NCBI GenBank assembly: GCA_965232515.1
Contig: CBDDPY010000002.1
Coordinates: 5,760,001-5,824,000, forward strand
Length of the DNA: 64,000 bases
From: Alphaproteobacteria bacterium
GTDB taxonomy: Bacteria; Pseudomonadota; Alphaproteobacteria; GCA-2731375
Direction: 5' to 3'
Shown: positions 1 to 9,711 of the stretch, in pieces
Layout: each line of letters begins with the position of its first letter
Numbering within the stretch: position 1 is the stretch's first letter
Position numbers and translations under genes: made by a program
The notes under the pieces: generated by a model
Seen by the model: the letters and a program-made list of their open reading frames with translations, nothing else
The model's database searches: none
Told to the model about the DNA's origin: nothing

Positions 1-352
1 GGCTGCATTGCTTGGTCTGCAGCAGGCGAAAGGCGATGTTCTCCCAGACCTTCATGCTGTCGAACAGCGCCGAGCGCTGGAACAGCATACCGATCTTCTC
101 GAGCGCGCCGTTCGACACCCGCCCGCGGCCGGGCCGGTTGGCCTCGTCCCCATCGATCGCGACGCTGCCAGCGTCCGGACGCACCAGGCCGATGATGCAT
201 TTCAGCAGCACGGTCTTGCCGCTGCCGGATTCGCCCAGCAGCACCCAAGCCTCGCCGGCGCCGATCTCGAGATCGACCCCGGTCAGCACCGGATCGCGGC
301 CGAAGGCCTTGCAGAGGTCACGGACCTGGATTTTCGTGGGCTGGGCGCTCAT
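1..352 (-). CDS. ABC transporter ATP-binding protein, MlaF/Ttg2A-like (runs off the left edge)
   Basis: Manual minus-strand translation from ATG at 352: MSAQPTKIQVRDLCKAFGRDPVLTGVDLEIGAGEAWVLLGESGSGKTVLLKCIIGL...IGMLFQRSALFDSMKVWENIAF. Walker A plus MlaF-typical FQxxALFDS Q-loop. Not in the ORF track because it is truncated. Confidence 0.85.
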   Translation of the reverse strand, partial: MSAQPTKIQVRDLCKAFGRDPVLTGVDLEIGAGEAWVLLGESGSGKTVLLKCIIGLVRPDAGSVAIDGDEANRPGRGRVSNGALEKIGMLFQRSALFDSMKVWENIAFRLLQTKQCS

Positions 353-548
353 GCGCGGGAACGCGATGCGACGGACGACATGGTCAAGATGCGTCCCCCA
401 TTTGCGCCCGTCTTGTCAACTGGGAATCGGTTCATCAGCCGTTCCGCATGTTGGGGAACCGCACCAGGCCGCGACTGCGGCCCGCCGGCCGTCCGGCGCG
501 CCCGCGCAGGCGCGGACCGCTAGGTCCACTGCCGTGCGCGACCTAAAT

Positions 549-2081
549 CTATCCGATGTCGCCGACCACGCGGACCCGGGTGCGCAGGGAGTTGCCGGGC
601 AGGTAGGACAGTGGCAGGTCCTCGACCTCGACCACCTTCAGGGTCGCCGCGTCGGCGCCGAAGGCAATCGCGCGTTCCTCGGCAAGCTGCCGGGCCGCGT
701 CGATCGCCGCCTCGCGGCTGAGGTCGCGGAAGATCTGGTCGACCTCGCCGCTGACCTGCGCGATGGCGGCGCCGACGGCGTTCGCCACCTCGCGGTGCGG
801 CACCTGGATCACCTCCGAGACGCCCGCCAACCGATCCGGCACCAGGAAGCAGCCGCCGCCGACGGCGATCAGCGGCACGTCGCCGGCCTCCGTCTTCATC
901 CGGTCGACGCCGTCCTCGATCATTTTGTGCATCTGCGCGAAGGCTGACGTCAGCAGGCCGTCGTCGACCCGCGCGACCCGCGAGCAGTCGCCCAGATCGA
1001 TCAGGCCGCGGGCGACGGCAAGGTCGGTGCAGGTCAGCTCGTCGCCGCCGAACACCAGCGCCCGCGAGGTGATCTGATAGCCGGTGCTGGCGGGACCGAT
1101 GCGCAGCGGATCGGCCTCGACCAGCGTGCCGCCGCCCAGGCCCAGCGACAGCAGGTCCGGCATGCGGAACAGCGTGCGCACGCCGCCGATCTCAACGACG
1201 TTGTTGGCCTCGCGCGGAAAGCCGTGGCGCAGGAAGCCGATATCGGTGGTGGTGCCGCCGACATCGACCACGACCGTGTCGTCGAGACGCGACAGGAAGG
1301 CGGCGCCGCGCATGCTGTTGGTTGGGCCCGAGGCGAAGCTGTAGACCGGGAAGGCCTCGGCCTGGTCCGCCAGCATCACCGTGCCGTCGTTCTGGGTCAG
1401 ATAGAGCGGCGCGTCGATGCCGCTGTCGGCGAGCGCGGCCACGAAGGCGCGCGTGGTCTTGCGCGCCAATTCGCCGAGGCACGCGTTCAGCAGCGCCACG
1501 TTCTCCCGCTCCAACAGGCCGATCCGGCCCAGGTCGTGCGATCGCGTGATATCGATGCCGGGACAGACGTCGCGCAGGATGTCGGCGGCCTCGTCCTCGC
1601 ATTCGCCGGTCAGCGGCGAGAACAGGGCCGAGATCGCCACCGACCGCACGCCGCTATCACGGATCTTCATCGCCGCGTCGCGCATCGCCGCCTTGTCGAA
1701 CGGCACGATCGGCCGGCCGTCATATTCGTGTCCGCCCGGCAGCATATAGACGTCATGCGGCAGGGCCGCGGCCAGATCCTCCGGCCAATCGCAGAACGGC
1801 GGCAGCGAGGCCGAGGCCGGCAGGCCGATACGGATCGCCGCCACCGGCATCAGGTCGCGGCGCTGCACCACGGCGTTGGTGAAATGCGTCGTGCCGATCA
1901 TTACCGCATCGATGCTGCCGGGATCGACCGCCGACCGCGCGACGATCTGGCGCAACGCTTCGGCCACGCCCGCGGTCACGTCCTCCGTCGTCGGCGTCTT
2001 GATCGAGGCGGCGATGCTCTCGCCGTCGACCAGCACGGCGTCCGTGTTGGTGCCGCCGACATCTATACCGATGCGTTTCAT
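549..2081 (-). CDS. Hydantoinase/oxoprolinase family protein (HyuA-like)
   Basis: MKRIGIDVGGTNTDAV, GTTHFTNA, SGPTNSMRGAA, DVGGTTTD and ANAVGAA motifs. ATG at 2081 overlaps the DUF917 stop. Confidence 0.9.
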   Translation of the reverse strand: MKRIGIDVGGTNTDAVLVDGESIAASIKTPTTEDVTAGVAEALRQIVARSAVDPGSIDAVMIGTTHFTNAVVQRRDLMPVAAIRIGLPASASLPPFCDWPEDLAAALPHDVYMLPGGHEYDGRPIVPFDKAAMRDAAMKIRDSGVRSVAISALFSPLTGECEDEAADILRDVCPGIDITRSHDLGRIGLLERENVALLNACLGELARKTTRAFVAALADSGIDAPLYLTQNDGTVMLADQAEAFPVYSFASGPTNSMRGAAFLSRLDDTVVVDVGGTTTDIGFLRHGFPREANNVVEIGGVRTLFRMPDLLSLGLGGGTLVEADPLRIGPASTGYQITSRALVFGGDELTCTDLAVARGLIDLGDCSRVARVDDGLLTSAFAQMHKMIEDGVDRMKTEAGDVPLIAVGGGCFLVPDRLAGVSEVIQVPHREVANAVGAAIAQVSGEVDQIFRDLSREAAIDAARQLAEERAIAFGADAATLKVVEVEDLPLSYLPGNSLRTRVRVVGDIG

Positions 2082-3172
2082 TGCGCCGCCCTGCGGCCGT
2101 CGAACACCGAGACGAAATCGATGTCGTAGTTGAAGGCGCGCGGGCCGACATGCTCCAGCCCCTTGGGCGTCAGCAGGATCGGCGGCGCCGGCAGCGCGAT
2201 CACAGTTACCCGCTGGCCGTAACGCAGCGATTCCGTGCCGATGGCCTCGCCCGAGACGCTGTCCAGCACGCAGATCAGGTCGGGGCTGGTGATCACGGCC
2301 TCGCCGTTCAGCCGGCCGACGATGAACTCGTTCTGGAAATCGAGGTCGAAGCTGTTGCCGGCATCGCCGTCCAGCCCTTCCAGCTTCGCCCGTCCGCGCA
2401 GGAAGCCCTCGGTCGTGCGCCGCTCGATGTCCTGGATCTTGCCGGCGAACAGCCTGAGGCCGTCCTCCGACTGCAAAATCGCGTCGATCGGGTCGCGGTG
2501 TTCGCGCCGGGCGTCCAGCACCGCCTTGCCTAGATTGATCGCCTTGGTGACGGTATGGAGGATGCCGTGATCTTTCACCTCGCGGCCGCTGCGCGGCGCC
2601 TTGCAGGTCGCCGCGATCGAGCCGAGCTCGGTGCAGACCTTGCGGCTGATCCGCTCCATCCACTTCCAGCTCGCGGCCCGCGTGACGATCACCTCGTTGT
2701 CGCGGATGTCGGCCTGGGTCAGCGGGAACATCTGCAAATCGGCAATGGCGAAGCTGGTCATCTGCGCTTCCGGAAAGGCGCGGCCCATGGCGTCGGCGTC
2801 GATCACCGGCATGCCCATCACGGCCGAGACCAGGAACGGCTGGATCGCGTTGCCGCCGCCGATCTCGACCGACATCACGGCGCGGAACTTGCGGCCCAGA
2901 TACTCTTCCATCATGCGAACGGGCTTGGCCGCGAAGTCCGGATCCGACAGCCGTTCCTGCCCGACCAGTGGCGCGCCTTGGTTCGAGACCACGGCCACCA
3001 GGTCGTCGTCGGCGAGGTCGGCCGGGTCCAGGAGCGACACAACAGTGCCGGCCTCGTACAGCCGCTTGATGTTCAGATAACCGAGATAGGGACTGCCGCC
3101 GCCGCCGGTGCCCAGGATCCAGGCGCCGATGGCCAGCGGCTCCAGTTCATCGGCGGTCACGTCTCGCATCAT
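2078..3172 (-). CDS. DUF917 family protein
   Basis: LGTGGGGSP, EIGGGN, DADAMGRAFPE, QNE and PDLICVLD motifs; classic neighbour of hydantoinase A. Confidence 0.88.
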   Translation of the reverse strand: MMRDVTADELEPLAIGAWILGTGGGGSPYLGYLNIKRLYEAGTVVSLLDPADLADDDLVAVVSNQGAPLVGQERLSDPDFAAKPVRMMEEYLGRKFRAVMSVEIGGGNAIQPFLVSAVMGMPVIDADAMGRAFPEAQMTSFAIADLQMFPLTQADIRDNEVIVTRAASWKWMERISRKVCTELGSIAATCKAPRSGREVKDHGILHTVTKAINLGKAVLDARREHRDPIDAILQSEDGLRLFAGKIQDIERRTTEGFLRGRAKLEGLDGDAGNSFDLDFQNEFIVGRLNGEAVITSPDLICVLDSVSGEAIGTESLRYGQRVTVIALPAPPILLTPKGLEHVGPRAFNYDIDFVSVFDGRRAAQ

Positions 3173-3285
3173 CGAATTCGTCGTCCCGAACGGCGGCCGG
3201 TTGTCGTTGCCCGAACGTTAGGCGATCGCCAGCACCCACGAAATAGGGGCAGGCACGTAGCCCGCCGCGCCACACCAGCACAGCG

Positions 3286-3391
3286 GTCATCCTGGCGGAG
3301 CCAGCCCTGGCGGAGGCCAGGGGCCAGGATCCAGTTTTGTTGTTTTTGACCGTCCGCGACTCCGCTGGATGCTGGCCTTCGCCAAAATGAC
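3286..3391. repeat. CGTC/GTCAT-type palindromic REP-like doublet
   Basis: gtcatcctggc...gccaggatccag (3286-3333) and inverted ctggatgctggccttcgccaaaatgac (3365-3391). Confidence 0.65.
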
Positions 3392-3512
3392 GATTGGTCA
3401 CGTGAAGTTCCCGCGCCACCCCGCCTTGCCGCCCGCGCGGGCTTTCGCGTACTCTTTTCGTTTCGGGCCTGCCGCCGGTGTTGGGGCGGCGGGCGGCACC
3501 GTGGAACAGCGT

Positions 3513-4469
3513 ATGCACAGCGACGTCCTGACCGATCCGGGCCCGCGCGCCCGCGTCACCGATCTGCCCAAGCGGATCGCCTTCCTGACGGTCGGCCAGA
3601 GCCCGCGCGACGACCTGGTGCCGCCGATCCTGACCCATGTCGAGCATCCCATCGAGGCGCTGGAATACGGCGCGCTGGACGGCCTTGACCGCCGCGCCAT
3701 CGCCGCCATGGTGCCGGGCCCGGACGATCACAGCCTGGTCACGCGCCTCACCGACGGCAGCGACGTTGTGGTCTCGAAGGCCCGCATCAACGAGCGCCTG
3801 CACCGGATCTGCGCCGAGCTCGGCGCCCAGGACATCGACCTGATCGTGTTCCTGTCGACCGGCCTGCTCGAGCCGTTCTACAGCCTGACCATGATGATCA
3901 GCGCCCAGCGCGCCGTCGACAGCGTCATCGACGCGCATGTCATGGCCGGCCAGCGGGTCGGCGTTGTCGTGCCGCTCGAATGCCAGGTTGAGGAGGTGAT
4001 ACTGCCGACCGCGCCCGGCGCGCTGGTGCAGGCAACGCACGCGATCCACGGCGACGCGGAGGCGCTCAAGGCCGCGGCCTTGCGGCTCGGGCCGTGCGAC
4101 CTCGTCGTCATGCATTCGCTCAGCTATTCGGAAGCCGACCGCGCGCTCGTCGCCGACGCGTCCGGCACGCCGGCCGTGCTCGCCCGCCGCGTCGTCGCCG
4201 GCGCCATCCGGCTGCTGCTCGACCGCGGCGGCGCATCGAACGCGGCCGACGCCGACCTCGCCCGCCGCGTCGCCCAGCTCACCCGCCGCCAGCGCGAGGT
4301 GATGATGCTGGTCGTCGAAGGCCTGTCGCACAAGGAGATCGGCCGCCAGCTCGGCATCAGCCCGCGCACCGTCGAGATCCACCGCGCCTGCGTCATGGAA
4401 AAGATGGGCGTCGCCACGCTCCCCGCGCTCATCCGCGCCGTCCTCCGCCTCGAACACTGCGATCTCTAG
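3513..4469 (+). CDS. AroM-family domain fused to a C-terminal LuxR-type HTH (transcriptional regulator)
   Basis: N-terminal RIAFLTVGQSPRDD...SRLTDGS..LSTG..VMHSLSYS is paralogous to the AroM at 7090. C-terminal LTRRQREVMMLVVEGLSHKEIGRQLGISPRTVEIHR is a LuxR HTH. Start placed at ATG 3513 because the upstream part of the ORF lies in a repeat. Confidence 0.85.
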   Translation: MHSDVLTDPGPRARVTDLPKRIAFLTVGQSPRDDLVPPILTHVEHPIEALEYGALDGLDRRAIAAMVPGPDDHSLVTRLTDGSDVVVSKARINERLHRICAELGAQDIDLIVFLSTGLLEPFYSLTMMISAQRAVDSVIDAHVMAGQRVGVVVPLECQVEEVILPTAPGALVQATHAIHGDAEALKAAALRLGPCDLVVMHSLSYSEADRALVADASGTPAVLARRVVAGAIRLLLDRGGASNAADADLARRVAQLTRRQREVMMLVVEGLSHKEIGRQLGISPRTVEIHRACVMEKMGVATLPALIRAVLRLEHCDL

Positions 4470-4474
4470 CGGCC

Positions 4475-5056
4475 ATGCGCGCGGTTGCCCTGGATGCCCG
4501 GATCAAGTCCGGGCATGACGAATTGGGTATCAAATCCAGTTATCTTTCGTCATTGCCGGGCTTGACCCGGCAATCCAGACACCGGCAGAGAATTGCCGTC
4601 CTGATCGCGGTCCTGCTGCTCACACTCCTGCCCAACACGGCCAGCGCCGAGGGCGACGCCGTCGCGCAACTGATAGATCAGGTCAACCGCACCCGCATCG
4701 CGCACGGCCTGCAGCCATTGACGCCGGAAGCCCGCCTGACCGCCGCCGCCGAAGCCCATGCCGACGCCATGGCGTCGAACGACTGCTTCGCCCATGTCTG
4801 TGACGGCGGCCCGACGCTGGTCGAGCGCATCGTCCGCGCCGGCTATCCCTACCGCACCGTGGCCGAGAACCTCGCCGCCGGCATGGCCCGCGCCGAGGCC
4901 GTGGTCAAGGCCTGGATGGCTAGCCCCGGCCACCGCCGCAATCTGCTGCTCCCCGACATCGTCGAGGTCGGCGCCGGCTACGTCCTGCGCGAGAACGACG
5001 ACGGCGACCACCGCTACCGCCACTACTGGACCATGACCTTCGGCGCGAGGTTGTAG
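4475..5056 (+). CDS. CAP/SCP domain secreted protein (start uncertain: ATG 4475 or TTG 4562)
   Basis: Hydrophobic signal IAVLIAVLLLTLLPNTASA; NRTR..HGLQPL, AAEAHADAM, AENLAAG, WMASPGHRRNLL and YWTMTFG CAP motifs. Confidence 0.88.
   Translation: MRAVALDARIKSGHDELGIKSSYLSSLPGLTRQSRHRQRIAVLIAVLLLTLLPNTASAEGDAVAQLIDQVNRTRIAHGLQPLTPEARLTAAAEAHADAMASNDCFAHVCDGGPTLVERIVRAGYPYRTVAENLAAGMARAEAVVKAWMASPGHRRNLLLPDIVEVGAGYVLRENDDGDHRYRHYWTMTFGARL
4490..4578. repeat. CGTC-type REP doublet overlapping the 5' end of the CAP gene
   Basis: ctggatgcccggatcaagtccgggcatgacg (4490-4520) and cgtcattgccgggcttgacccggcaatccag (4548-4578). The latter recurs at 7794 and 43687, and with one change at 9558. Confidence 0.85.
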
Positions 5057-5070
5057 AAAGGACCGAGCTC

Positions 5071-5499
5071 ATGACCGACACGCCCCAACCGGCCACCGGC
5101 GGCTGTCTCTGCGGCGCCATCCGCTTCGAAGCGTCCGGCAAGCCGCTCTGGATCGCCCACTGCCACTGCCATAGCTGCCGCCGCAACACCGGCGCCCCCG
5201 TCACCACCTTCGTCGGTTTCCCCGCCGACGGCTTCGCTTACGTCGCCGGCCGCCCGAAGGTCTTCAACTCCTCCCCCGGCGTCCGCCGCGGCTTCTGCGC
5301 CGATTGCGGCACGCCACTGACCTACGAAGCCGACCGCGCCGCCGGCGAGGTCCACGTCTACATCAGCACCCTCGACAACCCCGACGCATTCCCCCCGCAA
5401 TTCCACGTCTTCACCGCCGAGGGCATCGACTGGCTGCACCTCGACGATGACCTACCACGCTACCGCGCCACCTCCCGCGACAGCGCCGAACCGATGTAG
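5071..5499 (+). CDS. GFA (glutathione-dependent formaldehyde-activating/CENP-V) family protein
   Basis: GGCLCGAIRF, HCHCHSCRR and FCADCGTPL zinc motifs. Confidence 0.9.
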   Translation: MTDTPQPATGGCLCGAIRFEASGKPLWIAHCHCHSCRRNTGAPVTTFVGFPADGFAYVAGRPKVFNSSPGVRRGFCADCGTPLTYEADRAAGEVHVYISTLDNPDAFPPQFHVFTAEGIDWLHLDDDLPRYRATSRDSAEPM

Positions 5500-5655
5500 G
5501 AGACGCATTTGGCTTTTATTGGAGCGCTCTGATTGGGTTTGAGCAGCGGCGGTTGACTACACCGGAACAATTTTGGATAGGCTTTGTCGTAGTGAAGTAA
5601 CGACCTTAAGGTGTGCCCGAGGCAGGCAACCCGCTACTTCCTTAGGGCTTCATGA

Positions 5656-6201
5656 ATGGGTTTAACGATCAAAGAAATCACGGCTTGTCGAAACGTCTCA
5701 ATCAGATGCGATCGATACGTGCCGTTTGTTGTTGAGATCGAACGCTTCGGACGGCCGGACAATCCGATCTATTGGCGAACCGGCGATGGAAGTCGTTCTT
5801 TGATTGAAATTGGGATCGATAGAAGAAGCGGTGTTATCTGCAGCGTCACGCTCACGTTGATCGATTCAGGAAGTGTTGGAAAAATCGACGACAAACCGGC
5901 TACCAACCTGCCTGAAATCGAAGGCCTGCCTGTATTTGAAGTGAGTGGATGGAAAACTCCATCAGACACTTATGCTGACGATTTCCGGGACGAATTCGAT
6001 TCTGAGGTTTTTTTGTCAGTTGGAAGGAACTTCGTCGCGCTCGATTTTCAGAGCACCGGACGTCCCGTTCGCTACACTAAAAACCAACAACTGCGTTTTG
6101 GGTTTTCTCATGAAAACCACTTATCGTCATTGGAAATAACGGAACTAAACTCGCTCCAAATTCAAAGCTTAGAAGAATGCGTCGAGGGCCTATGCGAATA
6201 A
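5656..6201 (+). CDS. Hypothetical protein in a low-GC patch
   Basis: 181-aa open frame, visibly more AT-rich than its flanks; no recognised motif. Confidence 0.65.
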   Translation: MGLTIKEITACRNVSIRCDRYVPFVVEIERFGRPDNPIYWRTGDGSRSLIEIGIDRRSGVICSVTLTLIDSGSVGKIDDKPATNLPEIEGLPVFEVSGWKTPSDTYADDFRDEFDSEVFLSVGRNFVALDFQSTGRPVRYTKNQQLRFGFSHENHLSSLEITELNSLQIQSLEECVEGLCE

Positions 6202-6469
6202 ACGAGGCTCTTCGTTCAAGTTCCGGATTAGTCTTTGCTCCAGATCGCCCTGCGACCACCTGGCATCATCCGGGATAGGGCGCAACTCCCTAACGCCCGA
6301 AATACGTTTCGATCCTGTCGAAAGTCCGGTTGATAACGTCGTCCTTACGGGCCTTGGTTGGTGCGTCTGCCAGCGATCGGCCGCTGCCGGCGTGCACCAG
6401 CGTCACGTGCTCCCATTCCCTAACATTCTCAGACCGACGTTATGGCGTTGCGGCAGTATCTGTCTCGGC

Positions 6470-6844
6470 CTAGACAGACTCCAACAGTCGCACGAGCGCG
6501 GACCTTAGCGCCTGATATTCCCGATCCGGAATGCCGGTCATGGCGGCCTCGCGCGACGTCGGTTCGTCGTCATAAGCTTGGGGGGCTTCGAACAGCGCGC
6601 CCAGGGCATGGAATTGGCTGTCGGTGAAATCGACGCGCGTACCATCGATCCGATTGTAATAGTGCCAGACATCCGGCAATCGGGTTCTGAGGATCTCTCC
6701 GCCGAAGAGATCGTAGATGACGGCGGCGGTCACATTGCATTGACCGGAAGCCGGATTCGCCGCCGTCCATTGCACGGCCGTTTTCGATGACCAGGCTCTC
6801 GGCAATGCCTGCCGAATTCGGGCTTCGTCGTAGTCGGGACGCAT
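6470..6844 (-). CDS. YunG-like hypothetical protein
   Basis: AWSxxT..W...NPASGQCNVTA...FGGEIL...HYYNRIDG.RVDFTDSQF pattern recalled for the YunG family. Confidence 0.7.
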   Translation of the reverse strand: MRPDYDEARIRQALPRAWSSKTAVQWTAANPASGQCNVTAAVIYDLFGGEILRTRLPDVWHYYNRIDGTRVDFTDSQFHALGALFEAPQAYDDEPTSREAAMTGIPDREYQALRSALVRLLESV

Positions 6845-7089
6845 GCGTCTGCTCACCGGTTTGCACGTTCGAATCAACGGCCGTCCGGTTGGTTGCCTAC
6901 CACCTTTGAGCACCCCGACCAACAGCGCGCCGATATGGTCCGGCGACCTGCAACAAAGCTCAACCGCACCGACGCATGCGGCCGGCCGCGCGTCTGATCG
7001 ACGTCAAACCGGCCCTTGTCCTAAGGGATCGCCCGTATTTTTCGCCTGCCGGGGGCGTCATATCCTGATGTCAGGGTGGAGTGGTGTTG

Positions 7090-7761
7090 ATGCGGGAAAA
7101 CGGAAAGAAGCGCGTCGCGTTCGTGACGGTGGGACAGTCGCCGCGGGAGGATATCCTGACGGAGATGCTGCCGCTGCTCGGTCCCGGCGTGGAGGCTATC
7201 GAGATCGGCGCGCTCGACGGCATGCACCGCGACGAGATCGCGGAGCTCGCGCCGATCGGCGACGAGCGGCGGCTCTGCACGCGGCTGCGCGACGGCACCG
7301 AGGTCGTCACCACCAAGGCCTGGACCCGCGAGCACCTGCAACGGATCATGGACAATCTGGACGCCGACGGCGTCGACCTGATCGTCCTGCTCTGCACCGG
7401 CTATTTCGATGGCCTGGAGTCGCGGACCCTGATGGTCGAGGCCCAGCGCGTCGTCGATCATATGGTCTCGGCGCTGGCCGAGGGCGACCGGCGCATCGGC
7501 GTCATGGTGCCGCTCGAGGCGCAGACCCGGGAGTTCGCGCAGAAGGGCGTCGGGCCGCGGCCTGCGCGGGTGACGCACGCCTCGCCCTATTCGGAGAACC
7601 GCCTGGCGGAAGCCGCGGGCGAGCTCGCCGACAGCGATTTCATCGTCATGCACTGCATGGGCTACACCGAGGCCATGCGCCGGCAGGTCGCCGAGGCCTC
7701 CGGCCGTCCGGTGCTGCTGGCCCGCCGCATCGTCGCCGATGCCGTGGCGCAGCTGCTTTAG
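7090..7761 (+). CDS. AroM family protein
   Basis: VAFVTVGQSPREDI, TRLRDG, LLCTG, ASPY and VMHCMGYT motifs. Confidence 0.88.
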   Translation: MRENGKKRVAFVTVGQSPREDILTEMLPLLGPGVEAIEIGALDGMHRDEIAELAPIGDERRLCTRLRDGTEVVTTKAWTREHLQRIMDNLDADGVDLIVLLCTGYFDGLESRTLMVEAQRVVDHMVSALAEGDRRIGVMVPLEAQTREFAQKGVGPRPARVTHASPYSENRLAEAAGELADSDFIVMHCMGYTEAMRRQVAEASGRPVLLARRIVADAVAQLL

Positions 7762-7793
7762 GCGGATGGGCGGGTATCGCGCTCCTGCCGCCT

Positions 7794-7824
7794 CGTCATT
7801 GCCGGGCTTGACCCGGCAATCCAG
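7794..7824. repeat. CGTC-type REP singlet
   Basis: cgtcattgccgggcttgacccggcaatccag, identical to 4548-4578 and 43687-43717. Confidence 0.85.
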
Positions 7825-7910
7825 TGGCAAGGGGCGTCGGCGATCGGTGACGAAATTCGCGGGTGGAAACGCGCGTCGGTTCGAATGAACGACAACAGGG
7901 AGACGGGACA

Positions 7911-9509
7911 ATGAGATTACGCAACTGGTCGAAGCTGCTGGGGCTGGCGCTACTGCTCGGCGCCGTCGCGGCGACGACGACGGTAACTGGGCCGTCGCAG
8001 GCCTTCGAGCGCGTCGGCGACAAGAAGATCCTGGTCTTCGCCGGCCGTCAGCCGGTGCCGCTGCTGGACCCCAGCGTGAAATACGACTGGTCCACGCGGA
8101 TGATGCAGCAGTCGCTCTATGACGGCCTGGTGAAGTATGTCGGCGACCCGCCGCAGATCGTGCCCTGGCTTGCGGAGCGCTGGGAGACCAGCGACGACGG
8201 CAAGACCTGGACCTTCCATCTCGCCAAGAACGCCAAGTTCCACAACGGCGATCCGGTGACGGCCGAGGCCGTGCGCTTCTCGTTCGAGCGCACGCTCAAG
8301 CTCAACAAGGGCCCGTCCTGGATGCTGTCGGACTTCCTGGCGCCGGAAGGCGTCAAGGCGGTCGACGACCACACGGTGCAGTTCAACCTGAAGGCCGCCT
8401 ACGCGCCGTTCCTGTCCTTCCTGCCGTGGTGGTACGTGATGAACCCGGCCGAGGTCATGGCCAACGAGGTCGACGGCGACATGGGCCAGAAGTGGCTCAC
8501 CGACAACGCCGCCGGCTCCGGGCCGTTCAAGATCAAGCGCTGGGAGCAGGGCGTGCTCTACGAGATCGAGGCGGTCGAGGATTACTGGAAGGGCTGGCCC
8601 AGCGAGAACCATGTCGACGGCGTGATCTACAAGCTGGTCCGCGAGTCGGCCTCCCAGCGCGCGGCGCTGATCCGCGGCGAGGCCGACATTGTCGAAGGGC
8701 TGTCGAACGAAGATTTCGACGTCGTCGCCGAGATGCCCGGCATCGTCGTGCCGAACTTCCCCGGCATGACAACCTTCGGCTTCAAGATGAATGTGCAGAA
8801 GGCGCCGACCGACGACATCAACCTGCGTAAGGCATTGGCCTACGCCTTCGACTACGAGTCGCTGTTGAAGATCTACAACGGCAACGCCGTGCTGCAGACC
8901 AGCCCGTTCCCCAACGCCACCAGGGGTCATGTCGACGTGCCGGGCTTCTATCGCCAGGACCTCGCCAAGGCGAAGGAGTATCTCGCCAAATCGAACTATC
9001 CCGATGGCGGCATCGAGCTGGAATTCGTCTATGTCGAGGGCTTCGAGCCGCAGCGTCAGATGGGCCTGGTGCTGATCGACAACATGAAGGCGCTCAACAT
9101 CGGCATCAAGATGGTGCCGCTGACCTGGCCGAACATGAAGGCCCGGGGCTCCAAGGTCGAAACCTCGCCCAACCTGCTGGCGATCTTCGCGACGCCGGTC
9201 AGCACCGACCCGGACGCCGTCGCCTACCAGTATCACAAGAACTCCTGGGGCAAATATTACGGCACGCACTTCTACAACAACGAAGAGGTCTGGAAGCTGA
9301 CCGACCAGGCCCGGGCGATCACCGCCTGGGAGCAGCGCGCGCCGATCTACGCCGAGATCCAGAAGAAGATCGCCGCCGACGTGCCCGAGATCTTCGGCAT
9401 GCTGGCGAACCGGCGCTGGGCCTATCGCGACTACGTCAAGGGCTTCACCTTCAGCCCGGTCCGCTTCACCGGCGAGGTCGATCTCTATACGCTGAGATTC
9501 GGAGAATAG
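7911..9509 (+). CDS. Peptide/nickel-type ABC substrate-binding protein (family 5)
   Basis: Signal peptide; LAERWETSDDGKTWTFHLAKNAKFHNGDPVTAEAV family-5 signature; AGGGAG RBS upstream. Confidence 0.92.
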   Translation: MRLRNWSKLLGLALLLGAVAATTTVTGPSQAFERVGDKKILVFAGRQPVPLLDPSVKYDWSTRMMQQSLYDGLVKYVGDPPQIVPWLAERWETSDDGKTWTFHLAKNAKFHNGDPVTAEAVRFSFERTLKLNKGPSWMLSDFLAPEGVKAVDDHTVQFNLKAAYAPFLSFLPWWYVMNPAEVMANEVDGDMGQKWLTDNAAGSGPFKIKRWEQGVLYEIEAVEDYWKGWPSENHVDGVIYKLVRESASQRAALIRGEADIVEGLSNEDFDVVAEMPGIVVPNFPGMTTFGFKMNVQKAPTDDINLRKALAYAFDYESLLKIYNGNAVLQTSPFPNATRGHVDVPGFYRQDLAKAKEYLAKSNYPDGGIELEFVYVEGFEPQRQMGLVLIDNMKALNIGIKMVPLTWPNMKARGSKVETSPNLLAIFATPVSTDPDAVAYQYHKNSWGKYYGTHFYNNEEVWKLTDQARAITAWEQRAPIYAEIQKKIAADVPEIFGMLANRRWAYRDYVKGFTFSPVRFTGEVDLYTLRFGE

Positions 9510-9557
9510 CGGCCGCGTGGTTACCGGCGGACATGCGACACCCGGTCCTTGCCCAAT

Positions 9558-9645
9558 CGTCATTGCCGGGCTCGACCCGGCAATCCAGCGGCGGCGCGCT
9601 TGACGCCGGTGTCCCTGGATGCCCGGATCGAGTCCGGGCATGACG
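9558..9645. repeat. CGTC-type REP doublet (inverted pair)
   Basis: cgtcattgccgggctcgacccggcaatccag ... ctggatgcccggatcgagtccgggcatgacg. Confidence 0.85.
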
Positions 9646-9711
9646 GGCCGGGGCGGGTAGCATAATCTTGTCGGATTACCGGAAGCCGGGCGGTCCCGCC
9701 GCCCGGCGGCC

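Noticed and set aside
6290-6420. Minus-strand fragment ...EWEHVTLVHAGSGRSLADAPTKARKDDVINRTFDRIETYFGR*
   Set aside because: No convincing start or recognisable family, so it cannot be supported as a gene.
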